A stretch of DNA of 64,000 bases from the human T2T-CHM13v2.0 reference genome, Homo sapiens. The notes below the pieces were generated by a model. The model did not search any database and was not told the DNA's origin. It saw only the letters and a program-made list of their open reading frames with translations. Below are positions 41,060 through 54,906 of this stretch, in pieces (the stretch's first letter is position 1; the number at the start of each line of letters is the position of its first letter). The stretch lies in assembly GCF_009914755.1 (NCBI RefSeq), contig NC_060925.1. One strand, written 5' to 3'. A program made the position numbers and the translations under genes.

Positions 41060-42513
41060 TTATTTCATTTTTTATTATTTTATTTTAAGTTCTGAGATAC
41101 ATGTGCAGGTTGTGCAGGTTTGTTGCGTAGGTAAACATGTGCCTTGGTGGTTTGCTGCACCTATCATCCCATCACCTAGGTATTAAGCAGAGCATGTATT
41201 AGTTATTTATCCTGATGCTCTTCCTCCCCTTGCCCTTCCCAACAGGCCCCAGTGTGTTTTGTTCCCCTCCCTGTGTCCATGTGTTCACATTGTTCAGCTC
41301 CCACTTATAAGTGAGAACATGCAGTGCTTGGTTTTGTGTTCCTGCATTAGTTTGCTGAGGATAATAGCTTTGAGCTCTATCCATGTCCCTGCAAAGGACA
41401 TGATCTTGTTCCTTTTTATGGCTGCATAGTATTCCATGGTGTATATGTGCCACATTTCTTTATCCAGTCTATCACTATGGGCATTTGGGTTGATTCCATG
41501 TCTTTACTATTGTGAATAGTGCTGCAATGAACATAAATATACATGTATCTTTGTAATAGAACGATTTGTATTCCTTTGGGTATATACTCAGTAATGGGAT
41601 TGCTAGGTCATATTGTATTTCTGGTTCTAGGTCTTTGAGGGATCACCACTCTGTCTTCCACAGTGGTTGAACTAATTTACATTCCTACCAACAGTGTAAA
41701 AGCATTCCTATTTCTTCACAGCCTCACCAGCATCTGTTGTTTCTTTACTTTTTAATAATCGCCATTTTAACTGGCATGAGGTGGTATCTCATTGTGGTTT
41801 TGATGTGCATTTCTCTGATGATCAGTGATGTTGACATTTTATTTTCATATGTTTGTTGGCTGCATAAATGTCTTCTTTTGAGAAGTGTCTGTTCATGTCC
41901 TTTGCCCACTTTTTAATGGGGTTGTTTGTGTTTTTCTTGTAAATTTGTTTAAGTTCCCTATGGATTCTGGATATTAGACCTTTGTCAGATGGATAGATTG
42001 CAAAAATTTTCTCCCATTCTGTAGGTTGTCTGTTTACTCTGCTGATAGTTTCTTTTGCTGTGCAGAAGCTCTTTAGTTTAACTAGATCCCATTTGTCAAT
42101 TTTTGCTTCTGTTGCAATTACTTTTGACATTTTTGTCATGAAATCTCTGCATGTGCCTATGTCCTGAATGGTATTGCCTAGATTTTCTTCTAGGGTTTTC
42201 ATAGTTTTGGGTTTTACATTTAAGTCTTTAATCTAGCTTGAGTTAATTTTTGTATAAGGTGCAAGGAAAGAGTCCAGTTTCTGTTTTCTGCATATGGCTA
42301 GCCAATTCTCCCAGCACCGTATATTAAATAGGAAATCCTTTCTCCATTGCTTGTTTTTGTCAGGATTGTTGAAGATCAGATGGTTGTAGATGTGTGGTCT
42401 TATTTCGGAGTTTTCTGTTCTGTTCCATTGGTCTATGTGTCTGTTTTTGTACCAGTACCATGCTGTTTTGATTACTGTAGCCTTGTAGTATAGTTTGAAG
42501 TTGGGTAGTGTGA
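41060..42513 (-). mobile_element. 5'-truncated L1PA (approx. PA8-PA10)
   Basis: 3' UTR cccatcacctaggtattaagc; ORF2 fragments at 41822-42202 and 42233-~42510. Confidence 0.93.
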
Positions 42514-43063
42514 GAGGCATTAAATTATTAAGAAAAAGTCCCTGAACTTTTTTGATTGTATATCTCATTTGTAAAAAAGCTTTGAGTACATATATTTGTA
42601 TATGTATGTGCATATAAAAACACAAATATGCATGCAATATAAGCTGCAATAAACAATACAAAATAAGATGAATTATCAAAATAAATGTAAATAGAAGTTA
42701 CCATTTTTCTTCACACTCCTTCTTCAACACATGCTTTAGAAATCTTTTATATAGATTTAAGAGCATCAACACAACCTGGGCTCTAAACATAATTCAGAAG
42801 GAGTGACTTGGGGCATAAACTCCAGGCCTCAAGTGCGGTAGGTGTAAAATGGAAATAATAGCTACTATTTGTGGTTTTGCAATAATTAAAGAAGATATTG
42901 TATGCAAAGATATCTAGTAACACACTGAGCATCTATTAGGTATTAAATGTTATTCGACTTAAAATATTCCTTCTGATGAATTATTACTAAATATTTTAAG
43001 ATATTTTATGTATTTCTGATATAACATGTATATATATATACTGCTCTCTTTTTCAATTATTGA

Positions 43064-43391
<328 letters not shown>

Positions 43392-43572
43392 GAATTATAT
43401 CTATTTTTATTAACAAAATTTATTCTGTTATAAAAAGGTAATTGGAATTATAATGTTACTTTGACATAAGATTTATTTTATTTCTTTTGATATAAACTGC
43501 AAAAATATACTAAAATATATACATTTCACACACCTAGAGGTATGAAAATACTCACAGGAGTGTATTCTATTA

Positions 43573-43643
43573 TTAGGTTGGCGCAAAAGAATTTGTGGTT
43601 AAAAGTAATGGCAAAAACCACAATTACTTTTGCACCAACCTAA
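43573..43643. mobile_element. MADE1 (Hsmar1-derived mariner MITE)
   Basis: TA|ttaggttggcgcaaaag...cttttgcaccaacctaa|TA palindrome with a small internal deletion. Confidence 0.92.
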
Positions 43644-44144
43644 TAGCATATACAGATATCTGCCATTTTAAAAAGAACATGACAGTGGAAAATCACTTTG
43701 GTAAAGTTGTGATAATGTTTTCTTTTTGGTGAAAAGATGATCTACAAAACTCCCTCAGAGCTAATGAAAAATTAGACTATGTTGATAGGACCTATTTATA
43801 AATTTGAATATTCCATGGAAAGCTGTGTATAAATAAAATAGAATATTTCAAGTCATAAATTCAGTTTAATTGTAACTTGCTCATGTGAAGTTTTTTTAAA
43901 ACATGATACAATATCTGTGTGTCTGTGTGTAGGAGATACAGAGCATAGCCCATTTCTTTTTTGATTAAAGAGAAATTTTCATTTGAATGTCATAACACTG
44001 CTGACTAGTGTTTTATGATCCTAATACTATCATTTATTACTGAAGAAAAACATAAATTGGACTAAAAATGGAAGTCTCTCTATGAAAGGTTGTAGGAAAA
44101 AATTCACGGAAATGTGGAACAGAATGGAGACCAGGAGCACCTTA

Positions 44145-45225
44145 CTCATTTACCACTTTTTTCACCTAATATATTTTTAACAAAATGTCAACATGTGCTG
44201 GGCACTGTTCTGGGCCCTGGAGGTATAGTAATCACCGAAGTGTATAAAGTCATAGGTCTCACGTGGAATGGGAAGTGGTTTGAAACAGACAATAAACAAT
44301 ATTCAGACAAACACATTAGAAAACATAATATAGTGAAATGTGCTTTGCAGAAAACTATATCATGTAAATGGATAAAGAATGATGGGTGAGCAGTGAAGCT
44401 GTTATTATAGATAGCTTGGTCAGGGAGTGCTTCTTTGATGAGAAGACATTTGAGCTAAGGCCTACCTCAGGCAGAGGGAAGAGCAAGTGTAAGGCCCTGA
44501 GCTGAGTGGGCCGATATATTGAAAGAATAACCAAGAGATCAGTGTAGCGGAGTAGAATAAATGAGGGGAAGAGTGGTAGGTAAAATATTTTGTAGTGTAT
44601 TCAGGGCCCAGATCATGTCAGGCCTTGTTATTCATGGTGAGGACTCTGAATTTTACTTTAAAGGGGGTGGGAAGCACCTAGATGATTTTGAGCAAGGTCA
44701 GGATGGAATAAGGTGCACATTTTAGAAAGATTGCTCTAGGTGTTGTGTGGCACAAACAGAGTGGGGAGGAGGGGGGTGAGAGAGAGCAGGGATACAAGTA
44801 GGAAGCTATTAAAGTATTTTGGGTAAGAAATGTTGATGGCATGGCCTGAGAAGGTGGGCATGGTAGGAAGTCTCTGGAGCCATGTCTACATATCCCAAGT
44901 CTGGATATATTTTAGTGGCAGCCATCAAAATTTGCTGAGGGATTGGACTAGAAGTGCAAGAGAAAGAGAAGTCAAACATGCCTCCAATATAATTAGCCTG
45001 AACAGCTGGATGAAAGGAGGAACCATTTACTGAACTGGAGAGCACAGGGTGTGGGGAGGAAAGATAAAAAGTCTGGTTTTGGATATATTAATATAAGATG
45101 CCTGTTAAACAAAAAGTGGACATGCCAATAAGATGGTTGTATACATACGTCAGGGCTGGAGATGGGAATTTAGAAACCATTATGATTAGTTGGTGTTTAA
45201 AGCCAGAAGACTGGAAGACATCACA
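44145..45225 (-). mobile_element. L2 LINE
   Basis: catgtgctgggcactgttctggg...gaagacatttgagctaagg...aagtctggttttggatatatta. Confidence 0.8.
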
Positions 45226-45984
45226 GGATTTTCTTTTTTTATCACTGTTTTTATTCTGGTAAGCATTAAATAATATGTTCTTCAGTTTCCAATGAGGCAC
45301 TCTAATATCACATAAGAAAATTCCAAGTGATGAGAAGTATGTATGTCAGGAGCTAATTTTATTCCAAGAGCTAAGGATTCTTTTGAAAATTTAGTAGATG
45401 TAAGATAATTATTTAAAGGGTTTCAGATATTTTAGATGCAATTAGACTTCAAAATAAGCCTTTTCTAAAGGCTCATTTTTTTACTTTAAGAATTGAAAGT
45501 AGAAAGCCTTAAAATTAGTTCCATTTAAAAAACAAAAATGAAAGTGTACCCTTTTCCAAGAATGTGAAAGGAATCTGAAAAGCATTCATGATTTGCAAAG
45601 GGTGTAAAGCAGTGAATGGTGAAATCTGAATTTGAAGCCAGGTCTCTCTTTTTCAGGGCGCATGTTTTTATGCCATACCACATCCATGGCAGTTACTATG
45701 TTCAGGAAATAAAGAGAATGTGATATTTTCTACTCTTCTCATTTGTTTTTTTTTTTTTTTTTTTTTTTTTGGAGAAAAAGTATAAAACTTGTTTTTAAAT
45801 CACCAAGGTATATAGAATTCAATTCCATTGTTTTAAAAGTTGATATTCTATTTCACATAACAGTCTGAACCATATACCTGTACTTACTTTTTATGATTAT
45901 ATATTTTAAAAGTTCTATTGATTTTCCTCATTATGAAATGAAACACAACCATTGTAAAATTCACTTCATATAAAAATATAAGGA

Positions 45985-48060
45985 GGAGAAAAAAACTAAA
46001 GACTCCACCAAAAAACTATTCGAACTGATAAACAAATTCAGTAAAGTTACAGGATGCAAAATCAACATACAAAAATCAGTAGTATTTCTATATGCCAACA
46101 CTGAACAATCTGAAAAAGACATAAAAACGTAATCCCATTTACAGTAGCCACACATGAAATTAAATACCTAGGAATTAACCAAAGAAGTAAAAGATCTCTA
46201 TAATGAAAACTGTAAAACACTGATGAAAGAAACTTTAGAGGACACCAAAAAATGAAAAGATATTTCATGTTCATGGATTGGAAGAATCAATATTGTTAAA
46301 ATATCCATACTACCCAAAACAATCTACAGATTCAATTCCTGTCAAAATACCAATGTCTTTCTTCTCAGAAATAGAAAAAACAATCTTAAAATTTATATAA
46401 AACCATGAAAGACCTAGAATAGCCAAAGCTATCCTAAACAAAAAGAACAGAACTGGAGGAATCACATTACCTGACTTCAAATTATGCTACTGAGCTATCC
46501 TAACCAAAACAGCATGGTACTGGCATAGAAACAGACACACAGACCAATGGAACAGAATAGAGAACCCAGAAACAAATTCACACACCTACAGGGAACTCAT
46601 TTTCAACAAAGGTGCTAAGAACATACACTGGGGAAAGACAGTCTCTTCAATAAATAGTGGTGGGAAAACTGGATAGCCTTATGCGGAAGAATGAACTTTG
46701 ACCCTTATTTCTCACCATATACAAAAATCAAATCAAAATTAATTAAAGACTTAAACCTAAGAGCTCAAACTATGAAACTACTACAAGAAAACATAGGGGA
46801 AAAATCTCCAGGACATCAGTCTGGGCAAAAATTTCCTGAGCAACACCCCTCAAGCACAGGCAACTAAAGCAAAAAAATGGACAAATGGGATCATGTCAAG
46901 TTAAAAAGCTTCTACACAATAAAGGAAACAACCAACAAGTGAAGATAAGTTTCTCTTCACTTTGTTGGTAATGGGAGAAAATATTTGCAAACTACTCATC
47001 TGACAAGGGATTAATAACCAGAATATATAAGGAACTTAAACAACTATATGGGGAAAAAATCTAATAATCCAATCAAAAAGTGGGCAAAAGATTTGCATAG
47101 ACATTTCTCAAAGGAAGACATACAAATGGCAAATAGTCTTAAGAAAAATGTTCAACATCATTGATCATCAGAGATATACAAATAAAACTACAATAAGATG
47201 CCATCTTACCCTGGTTAAAATGTCTTATATCCAAAAGACAGGCAATAAGAAATGCTAGTGAGGATATGGAGAAAAGGGAACCCTTGTACATTGTTGGTGG
47301 GAATGTAAATTAGTACAACCACTATGGAGAACAGTTTGGAGGTTCTTCAAAAAACTAAAAATAGAGTTGCCGTATGATCCAGCAATCCCACTGCTGTGTG
47401 TATACCAAAAAGAGAGGATATCAGTTTATCAAAGAGATACCTGTGCTCCCACATTTGTTGCAGCACTGTTCACAAAAGCCAAGACTTGGAAGCAACCTAA
47501 GTGTCCATCAACAAATGAATGGATAAAGAAAATGTGATAGATATACAAAATGGAGTACTATTCAGCCATAAAAAGGAATGAGATTCAGTCATTTGCAACA
47601 AGGATGGAACTTGAGATCATTATGTTAAGTGAAATAAGCCAGGCACAGAAAGACAAACATCATATGTTCTCACTTATTTGTGGGATCTAAAAATCAAAAC
47701 AATTGAACTAATGGACATAGATAATAGAAAGATGGTTACCAGAGGCTGAGAAAGGTAGTGGGTTGGGTGGGGTGGGGAGGAGGTGGGGTTGATTAACTGG
47801 TCCAAAAAAAGAAAAAATGAGTAAGACCTACTATTTGATAGCACAATCGGGCGACTATAGTCAATAATAACTTAATCGTACATTTTAAAATAACTAAAAG
47901 AGTATGATTGGATTGTTGGTAACACAAAGGATAAATGCTTGAGGGAATGGATACCTCATTTCCCATAATGTGATTATCGTGCATTGCATGCCTATATGCA
48001 AACATCTCATGTACTCTGTAAATATGTATACCTACTATGTACCCACACAAATAAAAAATA
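45985..48060 (+). mobile_element. 5'-truncated L1MA (approx. MA2)
   Basis: aaagactccaccaaaaaactatt...; L1MA 3' UTR agtaagacctactatttgatagcacaa...ctactatgtacccacacaaataaaaa. Confidence 0.92.
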
Positions 48061-48918
48061 ATATATGTGTGTGTGTGTGTATTTAAGGAAAAAAGTTCTA
48101 CCACTTCTATCATAGAGATAATCACAGTGAAAATTTTGATGATTATATTTCAAGATTTTTTTATGTGCATGTACATGCACATACACTTACATACATACTC
48201 AAACTTTTTTTTTTTAACAAAGATGGAAATACAGCAAAATGACAAAGCCATAATGGATTACAGACATTTTCCCAAGCTAATAAGTAAGATCTATTTTATT
48301 TATTATATTAGCTGCAGAGGATTACATTGGTAGGAAAATCATTTATTTAGCAAATCTCCTATTGATGGACGTTTTAACGATTTCCAGTTTTTCCCATTAT
48401 CATCAGTGTTGTGGACAACCATATTAAAGGATATTCTACACAATAAAAATTGTGATGTCAAGTGACAAATTATCCTTCAGAATCATTGTATCAATCTATA
48501 TTCCTACTGGTAGAATATAAGATGGCCATTTCTCCAAATTCTTGCCAGCATTTTATTTTATGATAGTTACTTATGTGATCAGTGAAAAATATGTTTACAT
48601 TTCTTTCTTTACATATTATTTTTCAGTTGATTGTGGTAAATTAGGATTTATTCCTTGGCCACGTTATAGTATTTGCTCATATTTTCATTGTGGTGGTGAT
48701 TTTCCTAGTTTGTTTGCATTACTATGAGTGTTTTACACAGAAAACATATCAATCTTTGACTTTAATAAGTTGTAAATATCCCCCCATCCCACCCAGTTTG
48801 TCTTTTGTCTCTTATTTGATATACATACATTTTCACATCAAAGTTTTAAAATTTGGTATACATCAATATATTCTTCATACATTTTATGGCTTGATGCCAT
48901 ATTAAATACTGTTTCATG

Positions 48919-49748
48919 CACACACACGTGCATGAAAAGTATATATAACTCACAAAATTAGTCCAAGTCTTATAATTTCAGCTCATTATTATAGCAGTGT
49001 AATAATGTGTGGCATTTTACATTTTTAAAAAATGCTTGCTTATGTAGTATCTTGTTTTATCCTTACAACAACTCTGAGAAATTCGCAGAATAGCCATTCA
49101 TTTTTCTCATTTCATTGATGAAGAAGTTGAGATACAGAAGCATAAGAAACAAGCCTGAGATTACACAGTTAATGAGTGCTGAGACCAGAAAAAGAACATC
49201 AACTGCAACTTTGGAACTCTTCCCACACCAATTAAAGTCTTGTTAATTAATTGTTTATGTGTACAAGACTCTTAGTCAATGTACATGTCTTCTAGTCCTA
49301 TTTTCTTCTTTTAGCAATTAGGAAGAATTGGAGGTACCTGGTGGCTACTCACGAAACACTCTGTGATAGATGCCCTACGTCAGTGAGGACAAAGGTTTCC
49401 CCTTGAGTGATTACCACAGTTGATTGGTAATGGCTGCCCAGGGGACTATGAGAATGATTCTGAGGTTGTGTCTGGGCTCAGTGGGAAAGAATGTGATGAT
49501 TGGATGAGTGACATTTGCATTTAGGCACGGGAAGGCCACATATTTATGCTAACGAAGAGGATAATCATGTGCACAATTTATTTTTTGCTTTTGAATTCCT
49601 TATCTGATTTTTTAAAAGCAGTTTCTCTTTCTAGTGCTTTTTAATTTATGGCATAAATTTATTCTAGTCTAGGAAACTTGTATGAGATTCATCCTTATTT
49701 CGAAACTAATTTTGTGAGTTATGTATACTTTTCATGCACGTGTGTGTG
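48919..49748. repeat. 44-bp inverted repeat pair (48919-48962 and 49705-49748), 43/44 identical
   Basis: cacacacacgtgcatgaaaagtatatataactcacaaaattagt versus the reverse complement of actaattttgtgagttatgtatacttttcatgcacgtgtgtgtg. Confidence 0.93.
48995..49230 (-). mobile_element. MIR remnant
   Basis: atccttacaacaactctgaga...catttcattgatgaagaagttgagatacaga...gcctgagattacacag. Confidence 0.7.
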
Positions 49749-51899
49749 TTATAAAATAAATCTCTTGAAAGTCTTTGGCCTTCTTGTTCACTGCTGCATT
49801 CCCACTGCCTGCATATATTAGGTGTGCAATCAGTATTTATTGAATGAATGAAAGTCTAAGTTATTTTCACATCTTTTTTGAAGCCATGGTTCCTTTATGT
49901 GTTGCTTTTTATTGGTCAGAAACCTAAATCTGTCCTTGTCTGGGGATTGCATAGGCTCTGAAACTGTTAGAATCAAAGAAGTTGAACAGGACATTTAATT
50001 TCAGAATTATTAGAGTTGCCTCACAGAGCCGTGTAATTATATGGATCAAAATTTTAAAATGATTTATGTAGCTATTAATTACATTAAAGCATATTTATTA
50101 GAAACATGGAGTCCTAGTCTTTGAGGGAGCCTGGTAGTTGATTCATTTGCTACTCTCTCCAACAATATGAGCTCTTTGGGGTTGTAATGCTGATCTCTGT
50201 ATCACCAATGCCCAGCACAGTGCCTGGTACCTTTCTGGGAGGGGACTTGTTCAGTTCAGTCTCATTTTGCTTAAAAAAATGGAGGAACCAATGGTAAATC
50301 AGTTGGTCAGAGCCACCTTTTATTACATGCTTGAGTTAAAGAGCATTACAACCCAGAACTCACTGATAACTTCTCTCTTTTTTAAAAAACTGTCTTCCTG
50401 TCTCTTTCCCAGTGGTCATGGTCACAGATGAAAGTTCCTCATTTTTTTGTTCTCCTATTCTTTATAGCTAGATGGCTGAATGGATTCAAGGCCCCTCCTG
50501 TAACCTGGCCATCTCTTTTTCTCTGAAGGAAACTAATGCATGATGAACCCTAAATTTAGGTTCGAAATAGGGGTGAGAGTGGAAAATAAAATGTCCCAGC
50601 TTAGACTAAGCTTGAGACTTGATCACTTTTGACTAAAGTACATTAAACGATCAATACATTGATGTTTTGACACTTGTTCTGCTGTTCCTTGGATATAGGG
50701 TTTTTTGTATGAAATCCTTTAGGGAGGAGAGGTGAGTAGCACAGAATTATTGGGGATTCCACTATCATTGGCTTTATATCCTTTAAACAGCAATAAAATT
50801 TGGCTCAGAATCTATTATGGATCATTGTATTCACTCCATAAATGCCTGTTGAACCAATCAATACCTCCTGTCCAGCTCACAACCAAATGTTTGTCTTCCT
50901 TCTAAAGCATCTCTCTCAAATAATTGGTCTCTGCTTGAATTATAAAATATCAACTACCTTAATAGGACTAAAATTTTAAATTAGAACATCAGTTTGGTAC
51001 TATATTTATTTTAGAGAAAAATTTGATCATTGTAGAGACAGATGGTAGAGTTTGCACCTTTTTTTAAAAAATGCAAACAGGAGCTTTTAGAAGTCTGCTG
51101 CTAAAATCGCATAAGAATGGAAATTAAGGAAGCAAAGCTGGGATCTAGGAGATGCATTGTAGATATTTTACAGTTCTGCACAACGACAACTGAACTTGTC
51201 AATCATCTTCAGTAGCAAGTCTATAAATTTTGTAAATGAAGAGCCATATAATCTCTAAATTCAGAAAGAAAAGAAAAAACCTCTAGCTGCTGAAAATACA
51301 CCTAGCACACAAGGATGAATGAAAGTAAGTATAAGCAAATGAAATGAAAGTCACTGGGCTGAAAATGTGGTTTAATATGCTTCCCTGAGGAAAAATGTAA
51401 CTGTCTAACACTATTGAAAACAGCATCTATTGATTTTGGAGCTGGCATTTTATAATAAAAGAGAGGACTAAAATGAAAATGAAGAAATTTCCAGAACAGA
51501 AATTTTCAAATTCTCTTATCCCATATTTCCATCTTTCTCTCCAGTTTGAATCTTATAATTTAGGGCTTGCTATAATTCTTGTGACTCATTGAATTACTCT
51601 ACCAAAAATGTTTAGAGATTTCCATTCATTTGAAATAAAGATAGTGATGGCATGATTTCTATTGTTAGAGAAACAGGGGAAAAGGAAGGAAATGAGAACT
51701 GACTGGGCAGGATCCAGGGATTGGATTTCATGTCCTGGAAAAGAGGTGCTTATCCACAGTGGGTGTTACTGAGGGATGGTACCAAAACACAGGTGCTTGC
51801 TTTCTGCTTCATTGCCCTGAAATTCCCTCGAAACACTTTCCTTATAATTAGGATGACTGTATAATTTATTGTTGACACAGAGACACTTTTAAGAGTTGG

Positions 51900-52243
<344 letters not shown>

Positions 52244-52494
52244 TCAATCTGACTTTCCTTGGGAAACAGGAATGAATGCCACTCTACCTCTAGAGTCCTT
52301 GTATCTGTGAGCGCAACCTCCTGTGATTAGCATCTCCATTGTCTCTTGCAGATACCATTAGATCCTGATTAGTATTCTCAATCGTGCACTCGCTCCCAGA
52401 AGGGTAAATATCTCATCTTTGTTTCCTTTGTTCCTCTCATAGCACAGAACCTAATGAGAGGCTGGCCAGAGCTGCTCCCTCTTAAGAGAAACTC

Positions 52495-52773
52495 CTCACG
52501 CCTGTAATCCCAGCACTTCGGGAGGCCAAGGCGGGTGGATCACGAGGTCAGGAAATCGAGACCATCTTGGCTAACATAGTGAAACCGCATCTCTACTAAA
52601 AATACAAAATTAGTTGGCCGTGGTGGCATGCACCTGTATTCCCTGCTACTCAGGAGGCTGAGGCAGGAGAATCACTTGAACCCGGGGGGCGGTTAGGGTG
52701 AGCTGAGATTGCGCCACTGCACTTCAGCCTGGCGACAGAGCGAGACTTAGTCTAAAAAAAGAAAAAAAAAAAA
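52495..52773 (+). mobile_element. AluSc-like, slightly 5'-truncated
   Basis: gaaatcgagaccatc...cagcctggcgacagag; TSD-like agagaaactcc / agagaaacccc. Confidence 0.93.
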
Positions 52774-53884
52774 GAGAGAGAAACCCCAACCGTCTCCTTT
52801 TCCTTTGTATTCTTTGGCTCTTTCTGCCTCTGTAAATGCTCTGGATTAGTGTGGTAGTGTAAAGGAGTAGCTCTCCCAGTCTTGGGCTGAGAGCTCTCTG
52901 TGCAAACTATTCTCTTTTTGCTGACACATGTGTTCTAGACAGGGCTTTACTCTTCAGAGGTCCAAGGGGGAGTCCTGAGTTCAGGGGTATAGTCCAAATA
53001 CTCTATTCTTTCTTCTGGACTGAAGTAAGTAAGCTTGTGCAAAAATAATTTCCCACCTGGGTCAGTTTAGTTTACCAAGGTCCAACACTGAGATTTGAGC
53101 TTGAAGTTCCAATTGGTAATAAATTATTTCTTTGTTCAGTTTATACATAAGATAGATAAACATATGGGGAAACTTTCCATTTTTGTTTCCTTACATTTTT
53201 CCACTTTAGCCTTCCTGATGCTCATAGTTTGATTTTCTGTAATGTGTTGCTCTTTCCCTGCCTAGGATCTTTTGGCAATATCAGGAGTTTTTGGAATTGT
53301 TTAACTGGTCTGCATCACTTTCTCAGTAGCCTGTGATTCTCCACTTGGGTGCAATTCACAAATATTTCAAAGACCAGGGAAATCCTTTTTCCTTACTTTC
53401 AGATACCAACTTTTCCCACTCAGTCAGATGTCTTTGGCTCTATTTCTTTACTGGTAGATTGAATATAATTTCCAGCCTCTTATGGAGGCCTCTTTTTTCC
53501 TTCCTATTTATTATTCCCTGTAGCCTCTCCTCTGTACATGCTTTTGGTTTTGCTGTTTGTTCTTTTTTACTCTTCTTTTTTGTAAAAATGTGAAATATAT
53601 TTGTAGAAGTCTATATAAACATACACATACATACCTTTTAAAGGATAGTAATTTTAAAAAGCCAAATAATGTATACTGATGACCCAAGTCAAAAATAGAG
53701 TATCATGGCTACTTTATGAATGCTCTATATGCTCTTTTCCATTTCTATCTTCATCCTAGGCATTGCTCTGATTTTTGTTTTAATAATTCTCTTGCTTTTT
53801 GAAATAGTTTTACTAATTTTGTATTATGTGTATATAAGCAATATGTAATTTAATTTTACCTTCGAACTTTCTATAATTGGAAAC

Positions 53885-54392
53885 TCTATCAGTTAGCTTG
53901 TGCTGTAAAACAAATCACTCTAAAAATGTATTGGTTTAAAATAATAATTATTTGCTCATAATTTTTTAGGTCAACAGTTTGGCCTGAGTTCAGCCAGAAA
54001 GGCTCATCTCTGCTCCAAGAGATTATCTAGACATACTCATGCATTAATGGTTAGCTACTCCACAGAGTATCTATAGTGACCTTACATTGTGAGCAGCAGG
54101 GGTGCCACCTTAAGCCCAAAGGCATTCTTTATCCAGCAGAGTGGCCCAGGCTGATTCATTTGGTAGTGGTTTCAGGGTTCCCAAGACCAGCAAGATAGCA
54201 AGCCCCAAACTGTAAGTTTATGTATCCTATTTGCTAATGATTCCTTGACCAGAGTAAATTACATGCCCAAACTCCCATTCAAATGATGGAAAAATAAACT
54301 CCACATTTTCATGGGAAAAGTAACAAAGTCACATTGCAAAAAATATGCATCCTGGAATGAGAGGAATCTGTGGCCAATTTTGAAATCTATCA
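53885..54392 (-). mobile_element. MaLR LTR (MLT1F/G/H-like)
   Basis: tcagttagcttgtgctgtaaaacaaatcactctaaaa...aaagtcacattgcaaa...aatctatca. Confidence 0.7.
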
Positions 54393-54731
54393 TTGTTTGA
54401 TTTATCAGTTACAGAAAGAGTTGTACTAAAATTGCTCTCACAATGGTAGATTTTTCTTTTTCCCTTTGTAATTCTGTCAATTTTTGCTTTATGTATCTTG
54501 AAGATATATTATTTTATGCATACAAGTTTAGAATTTGAATATTTTCCTGGAGAATTAAAGCTTTTATTATTACAAATTAGGTTTTTCTTTCTACCTTTTT
54601 GGTTTTCAGACTTTCCTTTTTATAAGGATGTCTAGCTGCCTGAAGAACTCCTAATAGAATGTTATTAGTGAAGGTCTACATCCCTTCTGAAGGTAAATTT
54701 TTTAGTTTTACTTATCAGAAAATATTTTTTA

Positions 54732-54906
54732 GGCCGGGTGTGGTGGCTCATGCCCATAATCCCAGCACTTTGGGTGGCCAAGGCGGGCAGGTCACTTCAG
54801 GTCAGGAGTTTGAGACCAGCCTGGCCAAACTACCTGTCTCTACTAAAAATACAAAAGTTAGCCAGGCGTGATGGTGCATGCCTGTAATACCAGCTACTCA
54901 AGAGGC
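54732..54906 (+). mobile_element. AluS, 3'-truncated (left arm plus start of right arm, no tail)
   Basis: ggccgggtgtggtggctcatgccc...cagctactcaagaggc, then an abrupt return to L1M-like sequence. Confidence 0.9.
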
